A model generated the notes under the pieces. It was not told the origin of the DNA. It made no database searches and was given only the letters and a program-made list of their open reading frames with translations. DNA of 48,911 nucleotides from the NCBI GenBank assembly GCA_012521295.1, contig JAAYMS010000053.1, positions 1-48,911 on the forward strand. The letters are read 5' to 3'. The position numbers were made by a program, and so were the translations under genes. The DNA comes from Bacillota bacterium (GTDB lineage Bacteria > Bacillota > Limnochordia > Darwinibacteriales > Darwinibacteriaceae). This document shows, piece after piece, positions 10,215 through 19,749 of this stretch (its first letter is position 1; each line of letters opens with the position of its first letter).

Positions 10215-10832
10215 ATGCGCAGCTTTTTCATACGTCACCTAGCGCTCTATATCGCACTGTGTGTGCTCTTTGCTATGGGAGTCGGATTTGGGGCACTTGC
10301 TACCCAAAGCCTTTCTGATTCGCAGCGTGCAGATTTGTCTGACTATGTAGCTAGTGTTTTTGCTCGCCTGACCAGCAACACCGGGTCGTTGTTAGGCCCG
10401 AGCCGATCGTGGTACAGCCTAACTGATGACGTGTTGAAAACGGCCGGGCTGATATGGCTCTTAGGATTGACGGTAATTGGAGCACCACTCGTATTGGGAA
10501 TTGTCTTTCTGCGTGGTTTTGTCTTAGGCTTTACAGTCGGCTTCATGATTGATCAGATGCATTTTAGGGGCATCATCTTATCATTGATTTCGGTTCTGCC
10601 CCATAATCTGCTGGCTGTGCCCGCTGTTTTGCTGGCTGCTGGTGGAGCTTTGAGTTTCTCTGCTTCAGCCCTAAAGACGCTCGTCGGCGTGAGCCGCGAG
10701 AGCATATACGGGAAGTTCGCCCAGACAACTGGGCTGGCAGCACTTAGTGCCTGTCTCTTGGTATTGGCTGCAGCAGTGGAGCTTTACATCACCCCCGTCT
10801 TCGTCCAGCTTACGCGGGGGCTGTTGGCGTAG
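10215..10832 (+). CDS. spoIIM: Stage II sporulation protein M
   Basis: Polytopic membrane protein (~5 TM) with FLRGFVLGFTVGF and LPHNLLAVPAVLLAAG patterns. Its position upstream of xerD matches B. subtilis. ATG 10215 (RBS ggagag) is preferred over the track ATG 10185, whose aggag is only 1-2 nt upstream. Confidence 0.75.
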   Translation: MRSFFIRHLALYIALCVLFAMGVGFGALATQSLSDSQRADLSDYVASVFARLTSNTGSLLGPSRSWYSLTDDVLKTAGLIWLLGLTVIGAPLVLGIVFLRGFVLGFTVGFMIDQMHFRGIILSLISVLPHNLLAVPAVLLAAGGALSFSASALKTLVGVSRESIYGKFAQTTGLAALSACLLVLAAAVELYITPVFVQLTRGLLA

Positions 10833-10842
10833 GAGATGATCT

Positions 10843-11748
10843 ATGGGTGTGTCAAAGCAACTACTATTAGAATATCTGGCCTACTTACGCGTGGAACGTG
10901 GCCTTTCGGAAAACACTATTTCTGCCTATGAGCAAGATTTGGCTCAGTTCTATGAATACTGCCAAGCGGAAAGGCTCTTACTGCACGAGGTAACGCAGCA
11001 CCATGTTCGCGAGTTTCTTGCCTACATCGGTGGCACCGGGCTAAGTGCCCGTACCCGTGCTCGTAAAGTCGCAGCACTGCGTGGTTTTTTTCAATACCTA
11101 GTTGATGAGGGCGTACTTGGTTCTGACCCCACGGGCGACCTCGAATCGCCCAAATTTACCATGACTCTACCTGATGTGCTCAGCATTCCAGAAGTGGACA
11201 AACTCTTGAACACACCACGCCTGGACAAGCCTACAGGATACCGGGATCGGGCAATTCTCGAAGTGCTTTATGGCGCTGGCCTGAGAGTGTCAGAGCTAGT
11301 TGAGCTTAATCTAGACGATGTAGACGAGCTCGGTTATGTACGCTGTATGGGGAAAGGAAGTAAGGAACGCATTGTCCCCATCGGACGAAGTGCCCTCACA
11401 GCAGTCGCGTTATACACACAGTCGGCTCGGCCCCGCTTGGTGAGAAACCCGCGCGAAAGCGCGCTGTTCCTCAACGCCCGCGGAGAACGACTGACGCGTC
11501 AGTCGGTGTGGAAGATGCTGAAAAAATATGCAAAGGACTGCGGAATCAAACAAGAAATATCACCACATACACTGCGGCATTCCTTTGCTACTCATCTGCT
11601 CCAGAACGGTGCTGACCTACGGGCTGTGCAAGAAATGCTGGGCCATGTAGATATATCAACAACACAAATATATACACATTTGACGAAGAGCCATCTCCGG
11701 GATGTATATCTCAAAGCACATCCCCGAGCTCTTAAGGAGGATAATTAG
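10843..11748 (+). CDS. xerD: Site-specific tyrosine recombinase XerD
   Basis: SAP-like N-domain ([19 protein letters not shown]). Catalytic region with [23 protein letters not shown] and the Tyr in QIYTH. Confidence 0.9.
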   Translation: MGVSKQLLLEYLAYLRVERGLSENTISAYEQDLAQFYEYCQAERLLLHEVTQHHVREFLAYIGGTGLSARTRARKVAALRGFFQYLVDEGVLGSDPTGDLESPKFTMTLPDVLSIPEVDKLLNTPRLDKPTGYRDRAILEVLYGAGLRVSELVELNLDDVDELGYVRCMGKGSKERIVPIGRSALTAVALYTQSARPRLVRNPRESALFLNARGERLTRQSVWKMLKKYAKDCGIKQEISPHTLRHSFATHLLQNGADLRAVQEMLGHVDISTTQIYTHLTKSHLRDVYLKAHPRALKEDN

Positions 11749-11750
11749 AT

Positions 11751-12920
11751 ATGCGGCGAGTTATAATGATTGTGCTTGACAGCGTTGGTGTCGGCGAACT
11801 GCCTGATGCCGCTCTTTACGGCGATGAAGGCAGCAACACTTTAGGTAATATCGCTAAGGTACGCGGAGGTTTAGACCTCCCGAATATGGGCAGCTTAGGC
11901 CTGGGAAACATCATTCCTATCGAGGGAGTACCTCCCACCGACAAACCAAAAGGCGCATGGGGGAAAATGGCCGAGCAGTCAGCCGGGAAAGACACAACGA
12001 CCGGTCACTGGGAAATCGCCGGGTTGATTTTGGACAAACCATTTCCCACCTATCCAGAAGGGTTCCCCCCAGAAGTGATCGCTGAGTTTGAGAAGGCCAT
12101 TGGCCGCAAGACAATAGGGAACTACCCAGCCTCGGGTACTGTGATCATTGAGGAGCTGGGTGAAGAGCACATGAAGACAGGCTATCCCATCGTATATACG
12201 TCTGCAGATAGCGTTTTTCAGATTGCTGCTCATGAAGAGATTGTCCCACTTGAACTCTTGTATGAGTGGTGTGAGATTGCCCGCCAACAGCTGCAGGGCG
12301 AACATGGGGTGGGGCGTGTTATCGCTCGGCCCTTTGTGGGAGAACCGGGCAGCTTTAAAAGGACAAGCGCACGCAGAGACTTCAGCTTAGAGCCACCAGC
12401 AAACACAATCCTCGATGTGCTGGTAGAAAATGGAGTCCCAGTTTATAGTGTAGGTAAGATTAAGGACATCTTTGCTGGCCGGGGGATTACCGAAAGCACC
12501 AAGACCAGCAGCAACCAAGAAGTCGTCGATGGAGTGCTGCGCTATATGCAGTCCAAGGACGAACCCTGTCTAATCTTTGCTAACTGTGTTGATTTTGACA
12601 TGCTCTGGGGCCATCGCAACGATGTGGAAGGATATGCCCGCGGGCTCGAGGAGTTTGATGAGCGCCTACCCGATATTCTCAGCGCCCTTCGTCGCGATGA
12701 TATTCTCATAATTCTGGCAGACCACGGATGCGATCCCACAACGACAAGCACTGACCATTCTCGCGAATATGTCCCTCTACTTGTGGCCGGTGAGAATGTG
12801 AAACCAGAAAACCTCGGTGTAAGAGAGACTTTTGCTGATACTGCCCAGTCGATTGCAGAGCTCTTTGGTGTAGAGTTCGTCTGTTCTGGCAGGAGTTTTG
12901 CGTACATTGTTGAGGACTAG
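11751..12920 (+). CDS. deoB: Phosphopentomutase
   Basis: [31 protein letters not shown] and ADHGCDPT motifs. 389 aa. Confidence 0.95.
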   Translation: MRRVIMIVLDSVGVGELPDAALYGDEGSNTLGNIAKVRGGLDLPNMGSLGLGNIIPIEGVPPTDKPKGAWGKMAEQSAGKDTTTGHWEIAGLILDKPFPTYPEGFPPEVIAEFEKAIGRKTIGNYPASGTVIIEELGEEHMKTGYPIVYTSADSVFQIAAHEEIVPLELLYEWCEIARQQLQGEHGVGRVIARPFVGEPGSFKRTSARRDFSLEPPANTILDVLVENGVPVYSVGKIKDIFAGRGITESTKTSSNQEVVDGVLRYMQSKDEPCLIFANCVDFDMLWGHRNDVEGYARGLEEFDERLPDILSALRRDDILIILADHGCDPTTTSTDHSREYVPLLVAGENVKPENLGVRETFADTAQSIAELFGVEFVCSGRSFAYIVED

Positions 12921-12933
12921 AGGGTGATCCACT

Positions 12934-14250
12934 GTGCATGCAGTTGATATCATTCGCAAAAAACGCGACGGGGGTATCCTTACTGCTGAGGAAATCCAAT
13001 ACATGATCGAAGGTGCCACAGCTGGCTCAATTCCTGATTATCAGATCGCGGCCTTCTGCATGGCAGTATATTTTCAGGGGATGACCAGTAATGAAACGAC
13101 TGCTCTGACACTGGCCATGGCTCAATCAGGGAAGACCCTTGATTTGAGTGCCATACCAGGTGTTAAGGTAGACAAACACTCGACAGGTGGAGTTGCCGAT
13201 ACAACTACCTTGGTAGTAGCTCCGCTGGTAGCAAGCTTAGGGGTCCCGGTGGCCAAAATGTCCGGGCGCGGGCTGGGCCATACCGGTGGAACCATTGATA
13301 AACTTGAGAGCATTCCGGGTTTTCGCGTTGATCTAGAGTCGGAGGAGTTTATCAGACAGGTTACTAACCTAGGGATCAGCATAATTGGCCAGACAGCGCA
13401 ACTTGCCCCAGCTGATGGGTTGATCTACGCCCTGCGAGATGTGACTGCTACGGTTGAGTCAATCCCACTGATAGCCTCGTCTATCATGAGTAAAAAGCTC
13501 GCAGCAGGTGCTGACGCCTTTGTCCTGGACGTGAAAACAGGTAAAGGTGCTTTTATGAAGACGCTAGATGACGCTGTTGAGCTGGCCAAGACGATGGTGT
13601 CCATTGGGGCGAAGTCCAACAGAACAACTACCGCTCTGGTTACCGACATGAACCAACCTCTAGGAATGGCTGTCGGCAATGCTCTAGAGGTGCGCGAAGC
13701 CATTCTCACCCTGCAGAACCAAGGTCCTAAGAGGCTCACTGCCATCTGTATCGCCCTTGCAGCAGAAATGATTCTGCTTGCTGGCGTTGCTGATACGCAA
13801 GAGGAGGCTCGCGAACAAGTCGAAAAGCAGCTTCAGTCGGGTGCGGGCCTCAGGATGCTTGAGAAGTTGATTGCCGCGCAAGGAGGCGATTCGAAAGTAG
13901 TCCACGATCCAACCCTTCTGCCGCAGGCGAAGTTCACATTCGCCGTTAAAGCACCAGCAGATGGTTACATCCATGGGGTTGATCCGATGCAGATCGGAGT
14001 CAGCGCAATGCGGCTTGGAGCGGGGCGAGAAACAAAGGACAGCCCCATCAATTTGGCGGTAGGTATTGTCCTCGAACGCGAGATCGGTAACCCTGTAAAA
14101 CAGGGAGATACCTTAGCAGTTGTCCATGCTGATCGAGAGGAACACATTTCCGAAGCCGAACGGAGTATCTTAGCAGCCTTTGAGATAAGGCCGGATAAGC
14201 CCGAGATACCCCCTCTGATTTATAAGAGAATAACCTCTGATGATGTATAA
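12934..14250 (+). CDS. pdp: Pyrimidine-nucleoside (thymidine) phosphorylase
   Basis: VDKHSTGGVADTTTLVVAPL, KMSGRGLGHTGGTIDKLESIPGF. GTG start. Confidence 0.9.
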   Translation: MHAVDIIRKKRDGGILTAEEIQYMIEGATAGSIPDYQIAAFCMAVYFQGMTSNETTALTLAMAQSGKTLDLSAIPGVKVDKHSTGGVADTTTLVVAPLVASLGVPVAKMSGRGLGHTGGTIDKLESIPGFRVDLESEEFIRQVTNLGISIIGQTAQLAPADGLIYALRDVTATVESIPLIASSIMSKKLAAGADAFVLDVKTGKGAFMKTLDDAVELAKTMVSIGAKSNRTTTALVTDMNQPLGMAVGNALEVREAILTLQNQGPKRLTAICIALAAEMILLAGVADTQEEAREQVEKQLQSGAGLRMLEKLIAAQGGDSKVVHDPTLLPQAKFTFAVKAPADGYIHGVDPMQIGVSAMRLGAGRETKDSPINLAVGIVLEREIGNPVKQGDTLAVVHADREEHISEAERSILAAFEIRPDKPEIPPLIYKRITSDDV

Positions 14251-14296
14251 TGGGGCCTTTGGCCCCATATGCATTTAAGGGAAGGGGGAATTCTCT

Positions 14297-15457
14297 GTGA
14301 AAGACAAGCGAATGCTGCTCCCGATCTTATCCCTTGTGTTTGCTTTCGCTGTCATACCCACCGCGGCCGCTGCTCTGGATCTTGACGCCGCGGCAGCCCT
14401 GCTCATGGACGCCAGGTCTGGCCGCATCCTCTACGCCGAGAATATTGATACACCACTACCAGTAGCCAGCCTTACAAAAATGATGACACTGACTATTGCC
14501 CTAGAAGCCATTGACCGGGGAGAGTTTCAGCTGACCGATGTGATTACCGCCAGTCCTCACGCAGCTTCGAAGCGCGGCTCCCGGATCTGGTTGGAAGCCG
14601 GTGAACAGATGACTCTCAACGAGCTGCTCTATGCCATCGCAGTAGGTTCAGCTAACGATGCTGCCGTAGCCGTAGCCGAGTACATCGCTGGCTCCGAAGA
14701 TAGCTTTGTAGCCCTCATGAACCAGCGAGCTAGAGAGTTGGGCCTAGAGAACAGCTATTTTGCCAACTCCAGCGGCCTGCCCCTTGAGGACGGGACCGAA
14801 CATTCCATGACGGCTCGCGATGTGGCAAATCTTGCTAGGCATGCGCTCACCGTACCCCGTATGATGGAATACGTCTCAACCTACGAATACACCATGCGGC
14901 GCGACACCACAAGAATCCCTGTTTTGTGGAACAACAACAAACTCCTACGCCGCTACAGTGGCGTGGATGGTATCAAGACAGGATTCACAACTAAGGCGGG
15001 TTACTGTATTGCCGTTAGTGCAGTGCGTGATGGCCTGCGTTTGATTGGAGTAGTCTTAGGCAGCCCTAGTGAAGCGGCAAGAGAACAGGACGTTCGTACC
15101 CTCCTTGATTGGGGTTTTCGGCGGTATTACAACTATACAGCGGCAGAAAAAGGCACTGTACTGGGTGAACTGCAGATCTGGAACGGAAATCCCAGTTCGG
15201 TAGAAGTCGTTTTGGGTGAGCCATTTGCGGTCACCGTCGAACGGGGCCGGGAGGGAGAGCTGGAGCTCGAATCCGAGTTGTTCGCAGAGATACGCGCACC
15301 GCTGGCCGCACAGGCAATAGTGGGTACACTGACGGCCAAATTGGACGGCGAGATACTGGGAAGCGCCCCCCTGGTTGTAGGCGAAGCGGTGGAGCGCGCA
15401 GGATTTGCCGCTCTTGTAGGCCGCACGCTGAAATCAATGGCGGAAGCAGCTTTTTAG
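14297..15457 (+). CDS. dacF: D-alanyl-D-alanine carboxypeptidase (sporulation-type PBP5 family)
   Basis: Signal peptide, SxxK (ASLTKMMT), SxN (GSANDAA) and KTG (IKTGFT) motifs. Its position directly upstream of spoIIAA matches B. subtilis dacF. Confidence 0.85.
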   Translation: MKDKRMLLPILSLVFAFAVIPTAAAALDLDAAAALLMDARSGRILYAENIDTPLPVASLTKMMTLTIALEAIDRGEFQLTDVITASPHAASKRGSRIWLEAGEQMTLNELLYAIAVGSANDAAVAVAEYIAGSEDSFVALMNQRARELGLENSYFANSSGLPLEDGTEHSMTARDVANLARHALTVPRMMEYVSTYEYTMRRDTTRIPVLWNNNKLLRRYSGVDGIKTGFTTKAGYCIAVSAVRDGLRLIGVVLGSPSEAAREQDVRTLLDWGFRRYYNYTAAEKGTVLGELQIWNGNPSSVEVVLGEPFAVTVERGREGELELESELFAEIRAPLAAQAIVGTLTAKLDGEILGSAPLVVGEAVERAGFAALVGRTLKSMAEAAF

Positions 15458-15476
15458 ATGCTTCCGCGTTTTTTTG
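15440..15476 (+). terminator. Rho-independent terminator overlapping the dacF stop codon
   Basis: 9-bp stem gcggaagca / tgcttccgc, 10-nt loop containing the dacF TAG (15455-15457), then g + 7 T. Confidence 0.7.
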
Positions 15477-15486
15477 GAAAACAAGC

Positions 15487-15512
15487 AGGTAAAGTGTACA
15501 TTAGGCTCGAAA
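15487..15512 (+). promoter_or_regulatory. Possible sigma-H-type promoter for spoIIA operon
   Basis: AGGTAAA (15487-15493) and GAAA (15509-15512) resemble the sigma-H consensus RnAGGAwWW ... RnnGAAT, with about the right spacing. Each element has one mismatch. Confidence 0.25.
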
Positions 15513-15547
15513 GATTCAGTAAACTGTTGTTAAATGGAGGGAGAAAG

Positions 15548-15886
15548 GTGCAATTCAACATAACTGTGATTGGACAAGCCCTCATCGCCACGCTGGACGG
15601 CGATTTAGATCTACACACCTGCCCACAGTTTAAAGATGCCCTCACAAAGGCCCTCGACACGAACTCTAACGTCAAAAACTTAGTATTCGATGTGCAGAAC
15701 CTGACGTTCATAGACAGCTCGGGCCTCGGTGTAATCTTGGGGCGATATCGAGCTGTTCAGGCTCGGGGAGGCAAGCTCTTTTTTGTGAAAGCAAGCCCGC
15801 ATATGCAGCGAGTGTTGAAGCTGGCGGGTATGCACCGTATCTCAGAGTTTGTCGATTCTACAACAGAAGTCCTGAACCGAGCGTAG
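15548..15886 (+). CDS. spoIIAA: Anti-sigma-F factor antagonist SpoIIAA (STAS domain)
   Basis: STAS fold with the phosphorylatable Ser in FIDSSGLGV. GTG 15548 lies 6 nt after the RBS ggaggg. The ORF-track ATG 15458 lies inside the dacF terminator hairpin and is rejected. Confidence 0.9.
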   Translation: MQFNITVIGQALIATLDGDLDLHTCPQFKDALTKALDTNSNVKNLVFDVQNLTFIDSSGLGVILGRYRAVQARGGKLFFVKASPHMQRVLKLAGMHRISEFVDSTTEVLNRA

Positions 15887-15896
15887 GAGGGGAAAA

Positions 15897-16328
15897 ATGA
15901 TGAAAAACTGGATCGAATTAGTATTTCCCGGAACTTCGATTAATGTCAGTTTCGCTCGAGCTGTAGTTGCGCATTTCGCTGCTCAGCTTGACATTACCCT
16001 CGACGAGTTAGAGGACATTAAGGTTGCCGTATCAGAAGCGGTATCGAACTGTGTTGTCCATGGTTATCGGGAAAAAGAGGGCAACGTAGTAATTAGGGCG
16101 TCCTATGAAGAATCGCGCCTTGAAATTATAGTAGAAGATTTCGGACACGGTATCCCCGATATCGAAGTAGCGCAAGAAACAGGCTATACAACACTACCTG
16201 AAGAGCGGATGGGATTAGGGCTCACCTTCATGCGCGAGTACATGGATGAGCTGCATATTTACTCTGAAGTAGAAGTGGGAACCAAGGTGGTTATGGTTAA
16301 GCAGATTCCAGCGCGGCAAGCCGGGTGA
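15897..16328 (+). CDS. spoIIAB: Anti-sigma-F factor SpoIIAB (serine kinase, GHKL ATPase)
   Basis: SEAVSNCVVHGY (N-box), EDFGHGI (G1) and GLGLTFM (G2). 143 aa. Lies between spoIIAA and sigF. Confidence 0.9.
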   Translation: MMKNWIELVFPGTSINVSFARAVVAHFAAQLDITLDELEDIKVAVSEAVSNCVVHGYREKEGNVVIRASYEESRLEIIVEDFGHGIPDIEVAQETGYTTLPEERMGLGLTFMREYMDELHIYSEVEVGTKVVMVKQIPARQAG

Positions 16329-17050
16329 GAGATATGACCGGGCAACCATCGAAGGAAGAAACGCGCACATTGATCGGGCTGGCTCAAGCTGGTGACATGG
16401 AGGCCCGCTCGCAACTGGTCGAATCTAATCTCCCTCTGGTGGCCAGTATTGTTCGGCGCTTTCTCAGCCGCGGCTATGATTACGACGACCTGTTCCAGGT
16501 CGGATCGCTTGGGCTCTTAAAGGCGATACTTGATTTTGACCTCAGCTATGATGTACAGTTTTCTACGTATGCTGTACCGAAAATCATGGGCGAGATTAAA
16601 CGGTACATAAGAGAGGATGCACCGCTACACGTATCGCGTTCTCTCAAGGAATTAGCGGCCAAAGCCATCGCGGCTAAGGATCAGCTCGCCAGTGAGCTGG
16701 GGCGTAGCCCAACCATTTCAGAACTAGCACAGCATCTGGCAATATCTGTGGAAGAATTGGTTACCGCCCTTGATGCGGTTTCACCCGTCCATTCGCTGCA
16801 GGAAGTCGTGGCAGACAGTGACGATGAATCCGTCCACTTAGAGGACGTACTTCCAGCACCAGGTGGCGAAGGAAGATGGCAGCTTCGGACTGCCCTCGAA
16901 AGCCTAGATCCTTTCGAACGCCGCATCATTCTGCTGCGCTACTTCGCTGAGAAAAGTCAAACCGAAGTGGCTCAATCATTGGGTATTTCACAAGCTCAAG
17001 TCTCGCGCTTTGAAAAGCGAATTATTGCCCAACTGAGGCACCATCTCTAG
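16325..17050 (+). CDS. sigF: RNA polymerase sporulation sigma factor F
   Basis: Region 2 (DLFQVGSLGLLKAILDFD...FSTYAVPKIMGEIKRYIRE), region 3 and region 4 HTH (SQTEVAQSLGISQAQVSRFEKR). GTG overlaps the spoIIAB stop. ATG 16334 is an alternative start. Confidence 0.9.
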   Translation: MRDMTGQPSKEETRTLIGLAQAGDMEARSQLVESNLPLVASIVRRFLSRGYDYDDLFQVGSLGLLKAILDFDLSYDVQFSTYAVPKIMGEIKRYIREDAPLHVSRSLKELAAKAIAAKDQLASELGRSPTISELAQHLAISVEELVTALDAVSPVHSLQEVVADSDDESVHLEDVLPAPGGEGRWQLRTALESLDPFERRIILLRYFAEKSQTEVAQSLGISQAQVSRFEKRIIAQLRHHL

Positions 17051-17072
17051 CCCTAGATAAGGATTTGATTGC

Positions 17073-17888
17073 ATGAAAGCTGACTTACACATTCACACAA
17101 CCGAATCAGACGGAACGTGGAACCCACGGCAAATCGGCAGTGAAGCGCAAAAGCGCGGCCTGGACATAATTGCGGTTACGGACCACGACACCGTATCAGG
17201 AGTAATTCCTGCCCAAGAAGCAGCTCCACCAGGCGTGGAGCTTATTCCGGGTATTGAAATCAGTACAAGTATTGGTCACCGCGATGAAGTGCACATTCTT
17301 GGCTATTGGATCGATCCGCAGAGCCCTGCTCTCTTGGAGTACATTAAGAGAATGCACACTATCCGCGTAGATCGCGCCCAGCAGATTGTATCAAGATTGA
17401 ACCAAAATGGGATTAATATCACTTTCGCAGATGTGCTGAAATTTACCCCGAGGGAAATTGTAAGCCGCAGTCACATCGCTGCAGCTATGCTCCATGAAGG
17501 ATATGTGCAGACAAAAGTGCAGGCTTTCGATCAGTGGATCGGTACAGGAAAACCTGCATATGTGCCGCGCCCCAAAATGCTTCCAGAAGAAGCAGTTGAA
17601 CTAATACTCGCTGCAGGAGGAGTGCCCGTACTAGCTCATCCAGGTCTTATAAATGATCAGAGTATCATTCCAAAGATCGCCCGGCACAAGTTGGTAGGGA
17701 TGGAAGTAATCCATTCTTCCCATTCTGAAAGTCAGACGAAGTATTATGCGGAGCTAGCCAATGAACTCAAGCTTCTGCCAAGTGGGGGTTCAGACTGCCA
17801 TGGGCCGGGAGGCAAAGATTCTCTGTTCCTCGGCAAGTTCACAATACCAGGCAGCTGGGTTGAGAGCCTGAGGCAAATGCGGCAGTAG
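17073..17888 (+). CDS. PHP-domain metal-dependent phosphoesterase (TrpH/YciV-like)
   Basis: KADLHIHTTESDGT, AVTDHDT, VLAHP, GGSDCHG motifs. Confidence 0.8.
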   Translation: MKADLHIHTTESDGTWNPRQIGSEAQKRGLDIIAVTDHDTVSGVIPAQEAAPPGVELIPGIEISTSIGHRDEVHILGYWIDPQSPALLEYIKRMHTIRVDRAQQIVSRLNQNGINITFADVLKFTPREIVSRSHIAAAMLHEGYVQTKVQAFDQWIGTGKPAYVPRPKMLPEEAVELILAAGGVPVLAHPGLINDQSIIPKIARHKLVGMEVIHSSHSESQTKYYAELANELKLLPSGGSDCHGPGGKDSLFLGKFTIPGSWVESLRQMRQ

Positions 17889-18013
17889 AGCAGGAAGGAT
17901 TTCCTTGAAGGTTATAGCGCTCCAGTACCGAAATAGGCAAATGAACATGATGCACCAATACGCAGCACTATTCGCACTCTTATTTTGACGCATAATGAAG
18001 GAGCTGGAGCCAC

Positions 18014-18547
18014 ATGTCTAGTCTACGGGGGACCTGGGTGCAGCTGCGCCCAATAACAGCAGAAGACCTGCCTGAACTACTTCCTTGGAATCAAGATGAA
18101 GAGATCAATAGTTTAGCCGATGGAGATTATCCGGCTGAAATGGCCGCAGCCCAAGAATGGCTGACGCAAATCCTGAGCGATCGCTACCGAAAGTACTTCG
18201 TGATCGTTCTTAATGACGAAGTAATTGGCGATATTGAGCTTGATCACATCGCTTGGCGAAGCGGAGACGCGGAGATGCGCATCCGCATCGGTAGAAAGGA
18301 CTTGTGGAATCAGGGCCTCGGAACCGACGCGGTAGAAACCATGCTTAACTATGCCTTTAAGCGGCTAAACCTTACCCGCATCTATCTGCGCGTCTATGCT
18401 CATAATAAGCGCGCAATCCGCTGTTACACCAAGTCTGGCTTTGTAGGAGAAGGCAGGCTAAACAGCCGTTATGGTAAAATTCTCTTGATGCGGATTACTC
18501 GTTCTGAGTACCTCGACAAGGAAAATCCACAGACCACCGCCGTTTAA
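18014..18547 (+). CDS. GNAT-family N-acetyltransferase (RimJ/RimL-like)
   Basis: LRPITAEDLPELLPW..., RIGRKDLWNQGLGTDAVETMLNYAF (acetyl-CoA Q/RxxGxG/A motif), YAHNKRAIRCYTKSGF. Confidence 0.8.
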   Translation: MSSLRGTWVQLRPITAEDLPELLPWNQDEEINSLADGDYPAEMAAAQEWLTQILSDRYRKYFVIVLNDEVIGDIELDHIAWRSGDAEMRIRIGRKDLWNQGLGTDAVETMLNYAFKRLNLTRIYLRVYAHNKRAIRCYTKSGFVGEGRLNSRYGKILLMRITRSEYLDKENPQTTAV

Positions 18548-18552
18548 CTTGG

Positions 18553-18573
18553 GCCGCCTAGTGCGGCTTTTTT
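18553..18573 (+). terminator. Weak candidate terminator after GNAT gene
   Basis: 5-bp GC stem gccgc / gcggc with a 4-nt loop, followed by tttttt. The stem is short. Confidence 0.35.
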
Positions 18574-18712
18574 CTTTTCTCCCCCTAAATCCCTAGCTTA
18601 ATAGGCGAAGTACTGTTGTAGTTTTCTCTCGACCTGCTCATGAAGGCAAGGATTATAGACAGATATGTCGAACTGAGAAGAAGCTGTATGTTTAGTCAAT
18701 GGAGGGGTATGA

Positions 18713-19327
18713 ATGCTAAACGTAATTGTTCTTGGTGGTCCGGTAATGATCCCGCTGCTGTTGTGCTCAGTGTTTGCCCTGGCTATTTCTATCGAGCGAC
18801 TGTGGTATCTTCTGCGCGGTAGAATTGACACGGAAGATTTGATGGAAGACATCCGCTTGGCTTTGGAACAGGGTAAAGTACTTGAGGCAATGCAGATTGC
18901 TAAGCGCAGCAGAGGGCCCGTTGCCGCCGTCCTCGCCGCAGGCATCGCTTACTATGATCGTGGCAAAGAAGAAATCCAGACCCATATGGAAGTTGTGGGT
19001 AGGGAAGAGATCTTCAAGATGGAGCGCCGCTTAAGTGCCCTGGATACCATCATCACGATTGCACCACTGCTTGGTATTCTGGGAACTGTTACTGGAATTA
19101 TTGATAGTTTTAATGTCTTGGCAGGCCTTGAAGGCGTATCAAATCATGCCCTGCTCGCGATGGGAATTGCTGAGGCGCTGATTACAACTGCGGCAGGTCT
19201 CATTATTGCCATCCCGGCTTCAGCAGTCTATTCTTATCTAAACACACTCATTGACCGGAACACCGCAGCAATGTCGAAGCATTCCACAGAGCTGCTGGCC
19301 CTTCTTAAGGGAAGTGGTGAAGAATGA
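18713..19327 (+). CDS. MotA/TolQ/ExbB-family proton channel
   Basis: Three TM segments. Signature APLLGILGTVTGII and EALITTAAGLIIAIP. RBS ggagggg upstream. 204 aa. Confidence 0.85.
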   Translation: MLNVIVLGGPVMIPLLLCSVFALAISIERLWYLLRGRIDTEDLMEDIRLALEQGKVLEAMQIAKRSRGPVAAVLAAGIAYYDRGKEEIQTHMEVVGREEIFKMERRLSALDTIITIAPLLGILGTVTGIIDSFNVLAGLEGVSNHALLAMGIAEALITTAAGLIIAIPASAVYSYLNTLIDRNTAAMSKHSTELLALLKGSGEE

Positions 19328-19731
19328 TTAGATTCGAGCGTCCGCGAAGAAAATCAAGTGGCCCGAACATCGTTCCACTGATCGACGTCATTTTCTTCCT
19401 GCTGATATTTTTTATGGTCTTCTATAATGTCAGCAGTACACCGTTGGGGATGGACGTAGAACTTCCGCAGGCGGTTACTGGAGCGCCCCAGAACGGACAG
19501 ACATTTGAGGTCAGTGTTCGGGCCGATGGAAGCTTTTATGTTGCAGGCCGCAAGGTAAGCGGCCCAGAACTGCGCGCTCAAGTGCAGCAGAGCTTGCTCA
19601 GCAATCCGGACCTGTTTGTCATTGTCAAAGCGGACAAGCAGGCCCGTTATGAACATGTTGTGAACTGTCTTGATCACATCAGAGCAGTTGGAGGTCACAA
19701 GCTGGGCCTAGCAGTTGAACAGAGCTCATAG
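19324..19731 (+). CDS. ExbD/TolR-family biopolymer transport protein
   Basis: Single N-terminal TM with the conserved Asp (NIVPLIDVIFFLLIFFMV) and a periplasmic-type domain (VIVKADKQARYEHVVNCLDHIRAVG). ATGA overlap with the preceding gene. Confidence 0.85.
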   Translation: MIRFERPRRKSSGPNIVPLIDVIFFLLIFFMVFYNVSSTPLGMDVELPQAVTGAPQNGQTFEVSVRADGSFYVAGRKVSGPELRAQVQQSLLSNPDLFVIVKADKQARYEHVVNCLDHIRAVGGHKLGLAVEQSS

Positions 19732-19749
19732 TGGAAGGGAGGCTTAGGT

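Noticed and set aside
14251-14267. Hairpin ggggcc-ttt-ggcccc just after pdp, considered as a terminator
   Set aside because: It is a good 6-bp GC stem but has no U-tract after it (atatgcattt). It could pause or weakly terminate transcription, but I do not call it.
18620-18670. Sigma-E-like elements (TCATGAA ... CAGATAT) upstream of the exbB-like gene
   Set aside because: The -10 matches only about half of CATACAAT and the spacing is off. It is not distinguishable from chance.
18598-18945. 115-aa minus-strand ORF, and the 60-aa + strand ORF (18640-18822) at the start of the exbB-like gene
   Set aside because: Both overlap the conserved ExbB N-terminus in other frames. Neither has a Shine-Dalgarno sequence. 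ATG 18713 lies behind ggagggg and gives the expected TM1.
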